64,000 bases of DNA from a virus. The DNA is taken from positions 50,690-114,689 of IMG/VR virus record IMGVR_UViG_3300028008_000005, one strand, 5' to 3'. The notes under the pieces were generated by a model, which worked only from the letters and a program-made list of their open reading frames with translations, had not been told where the DNA came from and made no database searches. The translations under genes and the position numbers were made by a program. Positions 17,795-28,189 of the stretch are shown here, piece by piece. Positions within the stretch are counted from its first letter, which is position 1. The number at the start of each line of letters is the position of its first letter.

Positions 17795-18247
17795 CTACCC
17801 AGTCAAGAGTCTTATTCCTAATGATTTTAAGGTGTCTTCTGTCCATATCTCAAAATGATATCCACGGTTAGATGCGTACTTCTCAGCAGCTTTCCATTTT
17901 GATTCATTCTTAATAAAGGTCATGACCTCTGAGATATATCTTTTAGTTTGTCTGGCAGGCTTCTTAGGAGGTGCGCATTGTGATTTAGGTTTAATCTCTA
18001 CAAGGACTATTCTTCCATCAGAGAATTTTACTTTTAAATCAATAAAGTACCTATGAGGCTTATTGTCAGTCCTACAGATATAAGGAACAATTACTTCCTC
18101 AGAAGACCATCCGACAACTGCATCTTGGTCTTCACACCAGCGAAAAGCCTGGCGCTCCCATAAAGACCTATATGTTACTTTGGATGGATCACCCAGATAC
18201 TTCTCGGGTTTCTTTAATTTATATTTGCCTTTATAAGTCTTTGCCAT
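17795..18247 (-). CDS. gp4: Head completion nuclease gp4
   Basis: YKGKY...PEKY.GD....YRSLWE, WSSEE..VPY, HRYF.D, EIKP. Confidence 0.93.
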   Translation of the reverse strand: MAKTYKGKYKLKKPEKYLGDPSKVTYRSLWERQAFRWCEDQDAVVGWSSEEVIVPYICRTDNKPHRYFIDLKVKFSDGRIVLVEIKPKSQCAPPKKPARQTKRYISEVMTFIKNESKWKAAEKYASNRGYHFEIWTEDTLKSLGIRLLTG

Positions 18248-18252
18248 AACAC

Positions 18253-18286
18253 CATAAATAGATAGAGTACTTCTAATTTATTTATA
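18253..18286. promoter_or_regulatory. Pair of opposing late promoters: CATAAATA (+) at 18253 and TATAAATA (-) at 18279-18286
   Basis: Both lie in the short gap between divergent gp4 and gp48. Confidence 0.7.
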
Positions 18287-18296
18287 AGGTCACGAT

Positions 18297-19085
18297 ATGC
18301 CTCGCGAATACATATATCCATCTCATCTGGCCGGAGCCAACGTCCCTTTTATGAGAATAACCGCTAACCGCTATAAGTACGGTGGTGGAGGACAGCCTCG
18401 AGGCCACGTGACTCTATATCAACCGCCAGGTGTTTCTTTTTCAGACGGTGCTGGTTTTGGGTCTATGGATATGGGACCAATTGGCAATCAGCTTATGGAA
18501 GGTGTTCAATCAGGTAGGTCTGGTGTAGAGATAGCAAAGCAAGCAAACCAACAGATCAATGGTGAAGGATCTAATTCTGATCTTCGATCCATGATGAGTT
18601 TAAAAATAGCAAAAGATTCTGGTCTAGGAAATTTAGTACCTGGAGCTGAGAACCTTTCTGATATGTATGGTATGTCTAAAGGTGTAGCTACTAACCCTAA
18701 TACTGTTGTAGCATTTCAGAATATGACACTACGTTCGTTTAGCTTTAACTTCTCCCTTGTTGCAGAAGATCCATCTGAGTCAGATGAGATTCGTAAGATC
18801 CAGGAATTCTTTCGCTCTGAAATGTATCCAGAGGCCGGAGTAGGTTCTTACATTCTAACCTATCCCTCTACCTTCTCAATTAAGTTCTATACACAGAATG
18901 GTCAGGAGAATCCATACTATCCTAGAATATTTGAGTGCAACCTAACTAATCTTCAGACTAATTTTAATGAAAGTGCCCATATGCATTTTGATGGAGGTGC
19001 ACCTATATCGGTAGGCGTATCTCTTACTTTCCAAGAGACTCGTGTTCTTACTAAAAATGATATTGGTGCTGATGTGCCGGAGTAA
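18297..19085 (+). CDS. gp48: Baseplate tail tube cap gp48
   Basis: NPN....F....LRSFSF.F.L, EI..I..FFR, YP..F.I; synteny. Confidence 0.8.
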   Translation: MPREYIYPSHLAGANVPFMRITANRYKYGGGGQPRGHVTLYQPPGVSFSDGAGFGSMDMGPIGNQLMEGVQSGRSGVEIAKQANQQINGEGSNSDLRSMMSLKIAKDSGLGNLVPGAENLSDMYGMSKGVATNPNTVVAFQNMTLRSFSFNFSLVAEDPSESDEIRKIQEFFRSEMYPEAGVGSYILTYPSTFSIKFYTQNGQENPYYPRIFECNLTNLQTNFNESAHMHFDGGAPISVGVSLTFQETRVLTKNDIGADVPE

Positions 19086-19090
19086 GCTTA

Positions 19091-19864
19091 ATGCTAAATT
19101 TCTTTAAATCGTTCCCATTAGTTCAGTATCAGTTTGATGAAGAATCAGACGAAAAGAACGTTATTATTGATATAAGTCGTAATGTTCGTGCATATCTAAG
19201 CGAGATGGATAACGCAAATGCCTATCGCTACTTCGAGGTAAATGACGGGGCAAGACCCGATCAGGTATCAATGAAGCTATATGGTACTCCAGCATACTAT
19301 TGGACATTCTTTGTAGTCAATGAGGATCTAAGCAATGGATTACATGAATGGCCTAAGTCTTCCCAGGAATTAGCTAACTTTGTCGATGAGACCTACTTCC
19401 GTACTGCTCTTACCTTGGAATCTAAGCTTGGGGTATCAAGTAATTCACATCATCTATATAATTATCCTACTCTCGTAATAGGAGAGACTGTTAAGGGTCT
19501 TACATCAGATGCAACTGGTAAGATAGCAAAAATAAATTATTCTACAAACAGCCTTATACTTTCCAATGTTACTGGTACGTTTATAAACGAAGACTTTATT
19601 ACTCTAACTTCTGAATTAGCATTTGCAAAGGGCGCACAATTTAACCATTTTATTACAAAGGAAAAGGATGCGCCACATCATTATGTAGACTCACAGGGAA
19701 GAGAAATAGATCGTTTAAACTTTAACGTCTCTGATAACCAGTTACCTGTGACTAACTTTGAGCACGAGGTAGAGGTAAACGAAGCTAAGCTATCAATTAG
19801 GGTTATTAATCCTGCTGCTATAGATACTTTTGCCACTCGTTATCGCAAACTCATTAATTCTTAA
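19091..19864 (+). CDS. gp53: Baseplate wedge subunit gp53
   Basis: FF..FP...Y, RPDQVS..LYG...Y.W, EWP, NE.K..I. Confidence 0.88.
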   Translation: MLNFFKSFPLVQYQFDEESDEKNVIIDISRNVRAYLSEMDNANAYRYFEVNDGARPDQVSMKLYGTPAYYWTFFVVNEDLSNGLHEWPKSSQELANFVDETYFRTALTLESKLGVSSNSHHLYNYPTLVIGETVKGLTSDATGKIAKINYSTNSLILSNVTGTFINEDFITLTSELAFAKGAQFNHFITKEKDAPHHYVDSQGREIDRLNFNVSDNQLPVTNFEHEVEVNEAKLSIRVINPAAIDTFATRYRKLINS

Positions 19865-19873
19865 GAGTAGAAT

Positions 19874-21178
19874 ATGCCCCTCCAAAAAGGTTTACATCCT
19901 ACAGATCTTTCTGCTATATCGCCTGATTCTTTTAGGCTAACAGTAACGATCGAGGGAGCAAACGGTAAAGAAAGAGACATATCACAGCTTGTTACATCAA
20001 TGAGAGTATATGAATCAATCTTTCAACAAACTCTTATGGCAGAATTTGATATATCAGACGGTATATCACTCTTTGAAGATTTAAACATATCAGGTAATGA
20101 AAAGATAGTATCTGTTGTGCGTAAGCAGAATGATAAGAGTTCTCCCCCAATCGACATACAAAATGATTGGCATGTTCTTGATATACCTATATACGGTAAG
20201 CCTAAACCAGATCTTGCTACATATCGTATAAGATGCATTACTCCCTTTGGACTAGTATCTAAGTTTCGCCGTATCTCTTCTCCTTTATCTGGTACCTCTA
20301 TTGAGATAATAGAAGAACTATACAGACAAGTAGGGGTAACAATAGATAAGCAAGAGACACAGAGTCTAGGCACAATGAAGTTTATTCCGCCTAAGCTAAC
20401 ATATTCCGATGCTATATCAAATGTACTGCAGAAGAGTATGACTCCTAATGGTTCGCCACTCTTTACATATCAGACCTTTCATGACTCTGCATTTGTTTTA
20501 AACTCTTATAATAAAATGATTACGTCTGACATAGTTGATAACTATTCCCAAGGTTATTTTTATACACAAGAGTCACAGACAGAAGGTTCATTTGAGGAAA
20601 AGAGACTACGTATACTCGAATCAGCATCAAACATAGGCTTTTCTCCATATAAGTCTATGAAGAATGGATCATATGTTACGCGTACGCATAAGCTCGATAT
20701 ATCAAATAAGACATATGAGCGAATAGATTTTAATGCCTATGAAGACAAGGTCCCACTTATAGATGGGGAGGAATCAGATCCAGTCTGGAATAGATCGTTT
20801 ACAGTATCTGGTGTAGGTCCTACGACACTCAAAGAGACAAGTAATATCTTTATAAACCAGAACTCACTTGCCATGGCAGAGACTGGCGATATAAACTATC
20901 ATCAATTCGGTGCATATAAAGAAGCAACAAAGAGATCAGTCTATTCTAATTTAGAACAGCTAGAGCATTCAATTAAACTATATGGTGATTCGCGATTAAA
21001 ACCCGGATCTATAATCAATTTAAACTTTCCTAAGACAGGACAGGTAGAAGGAGCAGGAAGACAGAACGATGAGTTTATGTCTGGACGCTATCTAATAGTG
21101 TCAAGCACACATACCTTTAATAGTCTTGGTTACTTTACACAAGTGAAGGTACGTCGCGATTCGGTGCACAAACGATGA
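19874..21178 (+). CDS. Baseplate hub protein, gp27-like
   Basis: YESIF, I.GNE and C-terminal GD....G......SGRYLI...H motifs; located between gp53 and gp5. Confidence 0.65.
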   Translation: MPLQKGLHPTDLSAISPDSFRLTVTIEGANGKERDISQLVTSMRVYESIFQQTLMAEFDISDGISLFEDLNISGNEKIVSVVRKQNDKSSPPIDIQNDWHVLDIPIYGKPKPDLATYRIRCITPFGLVSKFRRISSPLSGTSIEIIEELYRQVGVTIDKQETQSLGTMKFIPPKLTYSDAISNVLQKSMTPNGSPLFTYQTFHDSAFVLNSYNKMITSDIVDNYSQGYFYTQESQTEGSFEEKRLRILESASNIGFSPYKSMKNGSYVTRTHKLDISNKTYERIDFNAYEDKVPLIDGEESDPVWNRSFTVSGVGPTTLKETSNIFINQNSLAMAETGDINYHQFGAYKEATKRSVYSNLEQLEHSIKLYGDSRLKPGSIINLNFPKTGQVEGAGRQNDEFMSGRYLIVSSTHTFNSLGYFTQVKVRRDSVHKR

Positions 21179-22500
21179 ATAAATTTATGGATACAAAGTT
21201 TGTTTGGTTTCATGGTGTTGTGGAAGACCGAGCAGATCCTCTCTATTTAAACAGAGTACGTATACGTGCCTTTGGTTATCATACTCCAAATAAGGAGTTA
21301 CTGCCCACTGAAGACCTTCCATGGGCAACTATAATGATGCCTACAACTGATTCAGGCACATCTGGTGTCGGTCGCAGTCCCCATGGATTAGTTGAGGGAT
21401 CGTGGATAGTTGGATTCTTCCGTGATGGCACAGACGCGCAAGACCCTATCGTTTTAGGTTCTATTGCAGCACTGAATACTACTGAAGCTGATACAACTAT
21501 AGGCTTCTTTGATCCTGCTGGTCTTTACCCTAAGAAGACAGATGATGTAGAGACAAACTATTTAAACGAGTCTGATGTTAATAAAGCTGCTCGTGGATTA
21601 GCTACACAGGCCAATTTAAATCAGGAGTCTATCCGAGTAGGTAAGGTAGCTAACTCAGATGCGAATACCGATCTAGGATATGTTGAATCTAAATCAAAGG
21701 CAGAACCGTTTGCATTAGAGGCAGAAGAGGACACCGATCCTGTTAACATATTTCAGTTTGACGAGCCGCCTTCACCATCTAAACCCCAATATCCGTTTAA
21801 TAAGGTTACAGAGTCTGAGTCAGGACACGTATTCGAAGTAGATGATACTGCAGACTATCAGCGTATTAAGGAGCATCACCGATCTGGTACATTCTATGAG
21901 ATACATCCAGACGGATCACGTGTACTGAAGGTTGTTAAAGACAACTATGAAGTAACATTGGGTGATGAGTATGTAAATGTAAAAGGTACATCCCGTGTTA
22001 CAGTCGAGGGTGACTGCAATCTCTTTGTTGTAGGTAACTGTAACACTGAGATACAAGGTAATAAGGAAGAGCACATATACGGTGACTCTACCCAGGTTAT
22101 ACATGGCTCAGAGTTTAAAACGGTTAAGAAGAACGTTATTGAGAAGATTGAAGGCTTTATGACTCTGGACATAACAGAATACTTAGCTCAGGGTATAGGC
22201 ACTTACATGACTCTTACTACTGGGGATTACTTTACACAGACAATAGCAAAAGATATGACTCTTGAAGTATCAGGAGCATTAACAGAGACTATATCTGGTG
22301 CACAATCAACAACTGCATCTGGCAATACATCGATTAACAATAATGTTGCTATCTCTGGTCTACAAACTGTGGGTTCTACAATCAATGCTGGTGGTATTAT
22401 TACATCTACATCGGATGTTAAGACCGGTTCGATATCTCTTAAGGATCATAAGCATACTTCTAACCAACAGGGCACACCAACCTCTAAACCGATTGGCTAA
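21175..22500 (+). CDS. gp5: Baseplate spike gp5 (OB fold plus beta-helix, no lysozyme domain)
   Basis: WF.GVVEDR.DP...RVR.R..G.H, LPWA, YPFN.V.ESESGH..E.DDT, H..GTF.EI.PDG. Confidence 0.92.
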   Translation: MNKFMDTKFVWFHGVVEDRADPLYLNRVRIRAFGYHTPNKELLPTEDLPWATIMMPTTDSGTSGVGRSPHGLVEGSWIVGFFRDGTDAQDPIVLGSIAALNTTEADTTIGFFDPAGLYPKKTDDVETNYLNESDVNKAARGLATQANLNQESIRVGKVANSDANTDLGYVESKSKAEPFALEAEEDTDPVNIFQFDEPPSPSKPQYPFNKVTESESGHVFEVDDTADYQRIKEHHRSGTFYEIHPDGSRVLKVVKDNYEVTLGDEYVNVKGTSRVTVEGDCNLFVVGNCNTEIQGNKEEHIYGDSTQVIHGSEFKTVKKNVIEKIEGFMTLDITEYLAQGIGTYMTLTTGDYFTQTIAKDMTLEVSGALTETISGAQSTTASGNTSINNNVAISGLQTVGSTINAGGIITSTSDVKTGSISLKDHKHTSNQQGTPTSKPIG

Positions 22501-22504
22501 AGGA

Positions 22505-22512
22505 CATAAATA
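22505..22512 (+). promoter_or_regulatory. Late promoter variant CATAAATA
   Basis: Intergenic, immediately before gp25. Confidence 0.55.
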
Positions 22513-22518
22513 GATACT

Positions 22519-22962
22519 ATGAGTAATCAAATCCTATCAGATAAAAGTTTAGAACTTACACGAGCTTCAGTTGTTGCTCGTTCACGTGACTTCTCTGATC
22601 TTGATCTCCGATTTAAACCCCATCCGAACCTGGGTGATCTGGTACCATTGCGAGACATAGCTGCTATTAAGAACTCTGTAAGAAATCTTATTCTTACAGG
22701 ATATGGCGAAAGACCTTTTCAGCCATCCATTGGTTGTGCTATTACAGATCAGCTATTTGAAAACTTTACCCCAATTACAGTTGCAGCTATGCAGGAATCA
22801 ATAAGTCGTACTATTAGCTTTCATGAACCTCGAGTATCACTTGCAGGTATATCAATAAGTGATAAGTCTGACGAAAATGCTGTGTTTGTTTCTGTAAAAG
22901 TTTCTATAATAAACGTACCTGATCTAGTGGATATAGATATTTACTTAGAGAGAATTCGATAA
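22519..22962 (+). CDS. gp25: Baseplate wedge subunit gp25
   Basis: DLDL.F..HP, AIKNSVRNLILT..GERPF.P..G, EPRV. Confidence 0.93.
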   Translation: MSNQILSDKSLELTRASVVARSRDFSDLDLRFKPHPNLGDLVPLRDIAAIKNSVRNLILTGYGERPFQPSIGCAITDQLFENFTPITVAAMQESISRTISFHEPRVSLAGISISDKSDENAVFVSVKVSIINVPDLVDIDIYLERIR

Positions 22963-24806
22963 TGGCGAACATTAAGAACGTAACTGAATTAGACTTTGAT
23001 CAGATTAAGGTCAATCTAAAAGCTTATCTGCAAGGACAAGATAAGTTTGCTGACTATGATTTCGATGGATCAGGTATGGCAGTCTTACTTGATATCCTTG
23101 CATATAATACCCAATATAATGCTTTACTAGCTCACACTAATGCAAATGAGGCGTTCTTAGATACAGCACAGATGCGTGCGAATGTAGTATCTCATGCTAA
23201 AAGCCTAGGATATGTACCAGCTTCTTCAAAGTCATCTGAGGCTAAAATTGATGTTACCGTTATAGGCGCAGCGGGATCCAATACCTTTGCAACTATACCC
23301 CGAGGAACAGTATTCTCTGGTCTAATTGGATCTAAGCAATTTACCTTTATAACTAACGAATCCTATATTACTTCTAAGAATATTTTAAATCGTTATGTAT
23401 TTGAAAATGTTTCAATCTTTGAGGGTGAGATCGAAACGTTTACCTATCGTGTAAACGGACAAATAGAAAATCAGAAGTTTAAAATACCAACAAACAAAGT
23501 TGATACCTCTACTCTTGTTGTTGCCGTACGGGATTCAGCTACATCTGAAACGTCTGAGATCTACACCCACTTTAACAACATCCTTGATGTAAAATCTGAC
23601 TCTCGTGTGTATTTCTTACAAGAGGGATATGGCGGTGAGTACGAAGTATACTTTGGAGATGGTATTATAGGTAGTAAGCCAACAACAGGTCAGGTAGTAG
23701 ACATAGCTTATATTAAGACCAATGGTGCTGAAGCGAACGGTGCATCATCGTTTACTACTGACGCTACTATTGGGGGATTTTCTGGAGCAACAGCTGCTCT
23801 TTCGACAGGATTTATTAAAACATTTTCTGGAGCAGATAAAGAAGATATAGATTCAATTAAGTTTAATGCACCTAAGGCCTTTCAGAGTCAGAATCGTGCA
23901 GTAACATCTATTGACTATAACGCTATACTTAAGTTAGAATACGATTTTATTGAAGATATATCTGTATGGGGTGGTGAGGTAAACGATCCACCAACGTATG
24001 GTAAAGTGTTTATATCAATTAAGCCTACAACCGGGGACTATTTATCGACTACTACTAAAAGTATAATAAATCGATTTCTCTCTACTAAAAACGTAGGATC
24101 AATTACAACTGAAATCGTTAACCCCGACTTCACCTATATTACAATGGAAGTGTTCTTTAAGTATGACGCAGATAATACAGCGAAATCTAAGGCTCAGTTA
24201 GAGCTAGCGGTTAAGGATGCTATAATAAATTATAACGATGTTAATCTAGAGAAATTTGACGGCGTGCTTCGATTCTCCAAGTTATTAAAAGCAATTGATA
24301 ATGCTGATAAAGGCATTTTAAACTCTACAGTTCGTTTAAAGATGCACAAGCACGTTTCTCCTATAACTGGTGAGATACGCGACTATCCTATTAAATTCTC
24401 TTCTCCGATATATAGGACTTCAAGTACAGAACAAACGCTTTCTTCTTCGAAGTTTACTTATGCTGGACAAGAGTGTGAGCTATCTGATATAGCTTCTGAT
24501 ACATACCCAAATAGAATCGTGCAGATACGTAATGCTTCAACAAAAACCATTGTAAATTCTGCAGCAGGAACAATCACACCTACTACTGGCATGGTTAATC
24601 TAACACAGATTCAAATAGATTCAGTAGCGACTCTACTCATTTTTGTAGATCCAGACTCAAATGATATAGCACCTAAGTTTAATCAGCTAGTATCGATTGA
24701 AAAAGACCAGACTCCTGGCATTGTTATAACAGGCGAAGCAGATAGTATTGCTGCTCTCGGCTCAGTCGGCGCATCCTCATATACAACCTTTAGCAGACAC
24801 GAATAA
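22962..24806 (+). CDS. gp6: Baseplate wedge subunit gp6
   Basis: ELDFD.IK.NLK, DYDFDGS...LLD.LAYNT.YN, QNRAVT..DY, VWGGE.N.PP.YGKVFI. Confidence 0.95.
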   Translation: MANIKNVTELDFDQIKVNLKAYLQGQDKFADYDFDGSGMAVLLDILAYNTQYNALLAHTNANEAFLDTAQMRANVVSHAKSLGYVPASSKSSEAKIDVTVIGAAGSNTFATIPRGTVFSGLIGSKQFTFITNESYITSKNILNRYVFENVSIFEGEIETFTYRVNGQIENQKFKIPTNKVDTSTLVVAVRDSATSETSEIYTHFNNILDVKSDSRVYFLQEGYGGEYEVYFGDGIIGSKPTTGQVVDIAYIKTNGAEANGASSFTTDATIGGFSGATAALSTGFIKTFSGADKEDIDSIKFNAPKAFQSQNRAVTSIDYNAILKLEYDFIEDISVWGGEVNDPPTYGKVFISIKPTTGDYLSTTTKSIINRFLSTKNVGSITTEIVNPDFTYITMEVFFKYDADNTAKSKAQLELAVKDAIINYNDVNLEKFDGVLRFSKLLKAIDNADKGILNSTVRLKMHKHVSPITGEIRDYPIKFSSPIYRTSSTEQTLSSSKFTYAGQECELSDIASDTYPNRIVQIRNASTKTIVNSAAGTITPTTGMVNLTQIQIDSVATLLIFVDPDSNDIAPKFNQLVSIEKDQTPGIVITGEADSIAALGSVGASSYTTFSRHE

Positions 24807-27703
24807 TGACTATAAGATCTAATATAGAATCGAGTAAACTCGAATCGTTAATCCCGCGTCAGTTAATAGCTGATGCAGGAGGACTAATTGAGTTTATAAA
24901 AGAATATTATAGATTTATGCACGAGGAGCAAGGACCTTCCTATGTAATAAACAACATTCTTGCAAATAAAGATGTTGATACAGTTGTAGATACCTTTATA
25001 TCTTTGGTAGAAAAAGAAATTGGAGCTGGATTTACTACTAATCTAGCAGCCAATAAGACTAATCTCTATAAAAATATAGTTCAGTTTTATCAGGCAAAAG
25101 GTTCTGAAGAATCATTTAAACTTCTTTTTCGACTTCTATATGATACAGATATTGATATATCGTTTCCTAAAGAAAAAATCCTTGTAGCTTCAGACGGGCG
25201 TTGGATCCAGCAGAATTCAATCTTTATTGAGGTTACAGAAGGTGATCCATTTGACCTTTTTGCTAACATTACAGATGTAACCACAACTGATAGGGTTGTT
25301 AAGGTTGAAGTAGAAAGAATACGGCGTGTCGAAGAAACTGCTTTTTATGAGATCTTTATAACAAAGGATAATAACACTCGGCGAGTTACTACTGGAGCAA
25401 CGATAGATCAGTATGGTGTTAAGGCTACTGTTGTCGAGTCCTTAAACAAGTATGAGATCTATCATCCAGGTACAGGCTTTGGAATTGCACAGTTTGTCGA
25501 CGTTACACAATCTCAAGATTTAGAATATAATTCCGGCGATTTAATCGCTATAACCTCTATACCTTCTGCTACCTTTATAGGAAAAAACGTAACGGTTGCT
25601 ACAGGTACTAACGCCTATGGTACAGGAAATAAGTTTTATATTGACGGATTATCAGGTGCAAGCCCTGACCTAGATTTGGTGGAAGAAAGAACCTATAGAC
25701 TCGATCAATCAGATTCAAGTAATTCATTCCATCCAATTAAATTTTCAGAGACGGCAAACGGTACCCACGGTACCGGAACAGAGTATACTACGGGTGTAAC
25801 ATATGTAGGAACACCCGGTACAGCAGGAGCATATACACAAATTGTTCTTACTGCAAATACTCCTGCCCTATATTACTATTGTGCTAATCACTCTGGTATG
25901 GGAGGTACTGCAAATACAATTGCTGGAGCTACTGAGAACTTCTTTCAGAAAGAACTTACAGTAAACGGCATTCGACTCGTATCAGCTGGCGCTGTTGGCG
26001 GTCAGGATTCTGTACCAGACGAATGGGTTAAGAAGACAGCAAGAGTTATTGAGCTACTGACAGATCCGACAGGTGCTGGTATTAATGAGGCTGATCAAAG
26101 AAACTTAATTAAAACCCTTTCAGGCGATTCTGGCACACTTACACACCCGGGAGTTCCAACACTACAAAGAATTGCATATGGTGGTGGATCAGAGTATACC
26201 CCAGCTTTCTTAACTGATGCTGGTACTGAATATTGGAACCTAAATGGTTTATATGATACCCATGTCCAAGATGATATGGTATGGTATAAGAATGTTTCAG
26301 GACCAGATCCCTCAACAAGTGATCGAGACATTGAAGAAATTATGGAGCACGTGTTCCATACTATTCATAACTTTGGTATTCCAGGTGCAGTGGCTGCTTC
26401 ACAGGCTGAAGTACCAATGGCTTATCTGACGACACTCCTTCAACAGAGTCCTGCTTTCGATTGGCAAAACACAGCTCTTCACCTTGCTATGAAGGAGGTA
26501 ATCGACGCAGGCTTATTTGATCCCTCCGGCTATGCTGTAGATTGGGACACAGATCCAGAAGCAGCAGTTGTAGCATATAAGGAATATGCGTATCTTCTTA
26601 ACTGGTCAATGTGGGACATGAAAGAGTTCTGGGAGAACGAATCTCTAGCCCCAGAGTGGAGCGATACACTCAGAACACCTGCATTTATGCTGGCAAACAA
26701 CCCTTTAGGTTATGCCTTATTCAATACCTACTTTGCCCCAGTATTAAGCAAGCCAGACTTTGCTGTATTAAAAAATATTTTTCAAGCAAATGATGCTGGT
26801 GAATCAGGATATAACGCTAACGACATATCAGATGGGGATGGCGTTAAGTTTAAAGTAACTAAGGTAGATGCTGGAACAGGTGCTCTAGAAGAAATTAAAT
26901 TTATAAACTTTGGTGTAGGATACTCTTCGGAGTTCTATGCTATGATCATTCCTCGATCAGAAATAGTTGGCGGGGTTGATCTTATTATATCACAAAACCC
27001 TGCAGGGGATAAGATTACATATCCATCACGAGCAATTATAAAATTCTCTGAGTCAGTTCTTGCAGAGTATCGTGGGGAATATTCTACAAATAATGGTTTT
27101 TTATCTGACGATATATATCTACAAGACAACTTCTTTTATCAGCAGTTCTCTTACCTTATTCGATCATCCCAGCAGTTTGATAACTACAAGGATATTGTTA
27201 ATAAGACAGTTCACCCAGCTGGCATGGCTATGTTTGGTGAGTTCGAGATTAATAACTCTTTTGATATGTCTCGTGCGTTCGAGCTCTTACGTCGTTACTT
27301 CACTAACCGTGAAGAAGATGTTATCGATACAATTGATCTAAATTTTTGGACACTGTATAAGCCACGTGAAGATGTAGCCTATGCTTCAACTACTGATTGG
27401 TTCTACGATTTCTATAAGAATGTTTCAGAGATTGTAAACGTTCCAGATCCAGAATATAAAGACTTCTTTAAAGTTCTTGGAGATACAGCACTTAGTACCG
27501 ATGAATTAACATACGCAATTACTAAGATGAAGGAGCTGGTAGAGAATTTAGCTATATCAGAACTTGCTATAGTTAGTTACGCAAAACCGCTTACAGAAGT
27601 CATAAATAGTAATGATTCAGGCGTTATAGAGATATTAGGTGATATCTACGCCGAAGATTATTTTGCTGAAGATTATTCCGAAGGATTAACTTCATTTACC
27701 TAG
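24806..27703 (+). CDS. gp7: Baseplate wedge initiator gp7-like with inserted domains
   Basis: FY.AKGSE.SF..LFRLLY, P...IL.ASDG.W, LQDN.FYQ.FSY, HPAG; located between gp6 and gp8. Confidence 0.8.
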   Translation: MTIRSNIESSKLESLIPRQLIADAGGLIEFIKEYYRFMHEEQGPSYVINNILANKDVDTVVDTFISLVEKEIGAGFTTNLAANKTNLYKNIVQFYQAKGSEESFKLLFRLLYDTDIDISFPKEKILVASDGRWIQQNSIFIEVTEGDPFDLFANITDVTTTDRVVKVEVERIRRVEETAFYEIFITKDNNTRRVTTGATIDQYGVKATVVESLNKYEIYHPGTGFGIAQFVDVTQSQDLEYNSGDLIAITSIPSATFIGKNVTVATGTNAYGTGNKFYIDGLSGASPDLDLVEERTYRLDQSDSSNSFHPIKFSETANGTHGTGTEYTTGVTYVGTPGTAGAYTQIVLTANTPALYYYCANHSGMGGTANTIAGATENFFQKELTVNGIRLVSAGAVGGQDSVPDEWVKKTARVIELLTDPTGAGINEADQRNLIKTLSGDSGTLTHPGVPTLQRIAYGGGSEYTPAFLTDAGTEYWNLNGLYDTHVQDDMVWYKNVSGPDPSTSDRDIEEIMEHVFHTIHNFGIPGAVAASQAEVPMAYLTTLLQQSPAFDWQNTALHLAMKEVIDAGLFDPSGYAVDWDTDPEAAVVAYKEYAYLLNWSMWDMKEFWENESLAPEWSDTLRTPAFMLANNPLGYALFNTYFAPVLSKPDFAVLKNIFQANDAGESGYNANDISDGDGVKFKVTKVDAGTGALEEIKFINFGVGYSSEFYAMIIPRSEIVGGVDLIISQNPAGDKITYPSRAIIKFSESVLAEYRGEYSTNNGFLSDDIYLQDNFFYQQFSYLIRSSQQFDNYKDIVNKTVHPAGMAMFGEFEINNSFDMSRAFELLRRYFTNREEDVIDTIDLNFWTLYKPREDVAYASTTDWFYDFYKNVSEIVNVPDPEYKDFFKVLGDTALSTDELTYAITKMKELVENLAISELAIVSYAKPLTEVINSNDSGVIEILGDIYAEDYFAEDYSEGLTSFT

Positions 27704-27715
27704 GAGAAGAAAAAA

Positions 27716-28171
27716 ATGCCATTAATGAACGAGCAAGTTAGCCCCAAGGGTCAAGTCTCAATTGAGATATTTAGCCCAGACGGCAAGCTTAAGGATAAGG
27801 TAAACATTCCAAACCTAGTCGTACAGACTGGTAGGAACTATATTGCCTCGCGTATGAACGATACAGCACAGACTGACGTAATGACTCATATGGCAGTTGG
27901 TTCTGGTTCAACTGCAGCTACATTAAGTGACACAGTTCTAGGAACTGAGCTTACTCGTGTTGTTCTTGATTCAGATAATACTGTTGATAACGTTATTACC
28001 TATATTGCTACCTATGCTCCTGGAGTTGGTACTGGTGCGATCACTGAAGCTGGTATCTTTAATGATGCTGCAGCGAACACAGGTGATCTACTTTGTCGAA
28101 CGACTTTCCTTGTCGTAAATAAAGCAGTAGATGACTCTATGGTTATCACTTGGACAATTACAATATCTTAA
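27716..28171 (+). CDS. Virion structural protein (tail/baseplate-attachment-type domain)
   Basis: NLVV..G, MAVG.G, GTGAITEAGIFN, RT.F.V.NK..D...ITWT; CATAAATA at 27601. Confidence 0.65.
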   Translation: MPLMNEQVSPKGQVSIEIFSPDGKLKDKVNIPNLVVQTGRNYIASRMNDTAQTDVMTHMAVGSGSTAATLSDTVLGTELTRVVLDSDNTVDNVITYIATYAPGVGTGAITEAGIFNDAAANTGDLLCRTTFLVVNKAVDDSMVITWTITIS

Positions 28172-28189
28172 TAGAATAGAGACTACCTT

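Noticed and set aside
17787-17858. 23-aa ORF (MIYYPVKS...) downstream of the antisense promoter
   Set aside because: It lies almost entirely antisense to conserved gp4 and the RBS spacing is too short, so there is no independent support.
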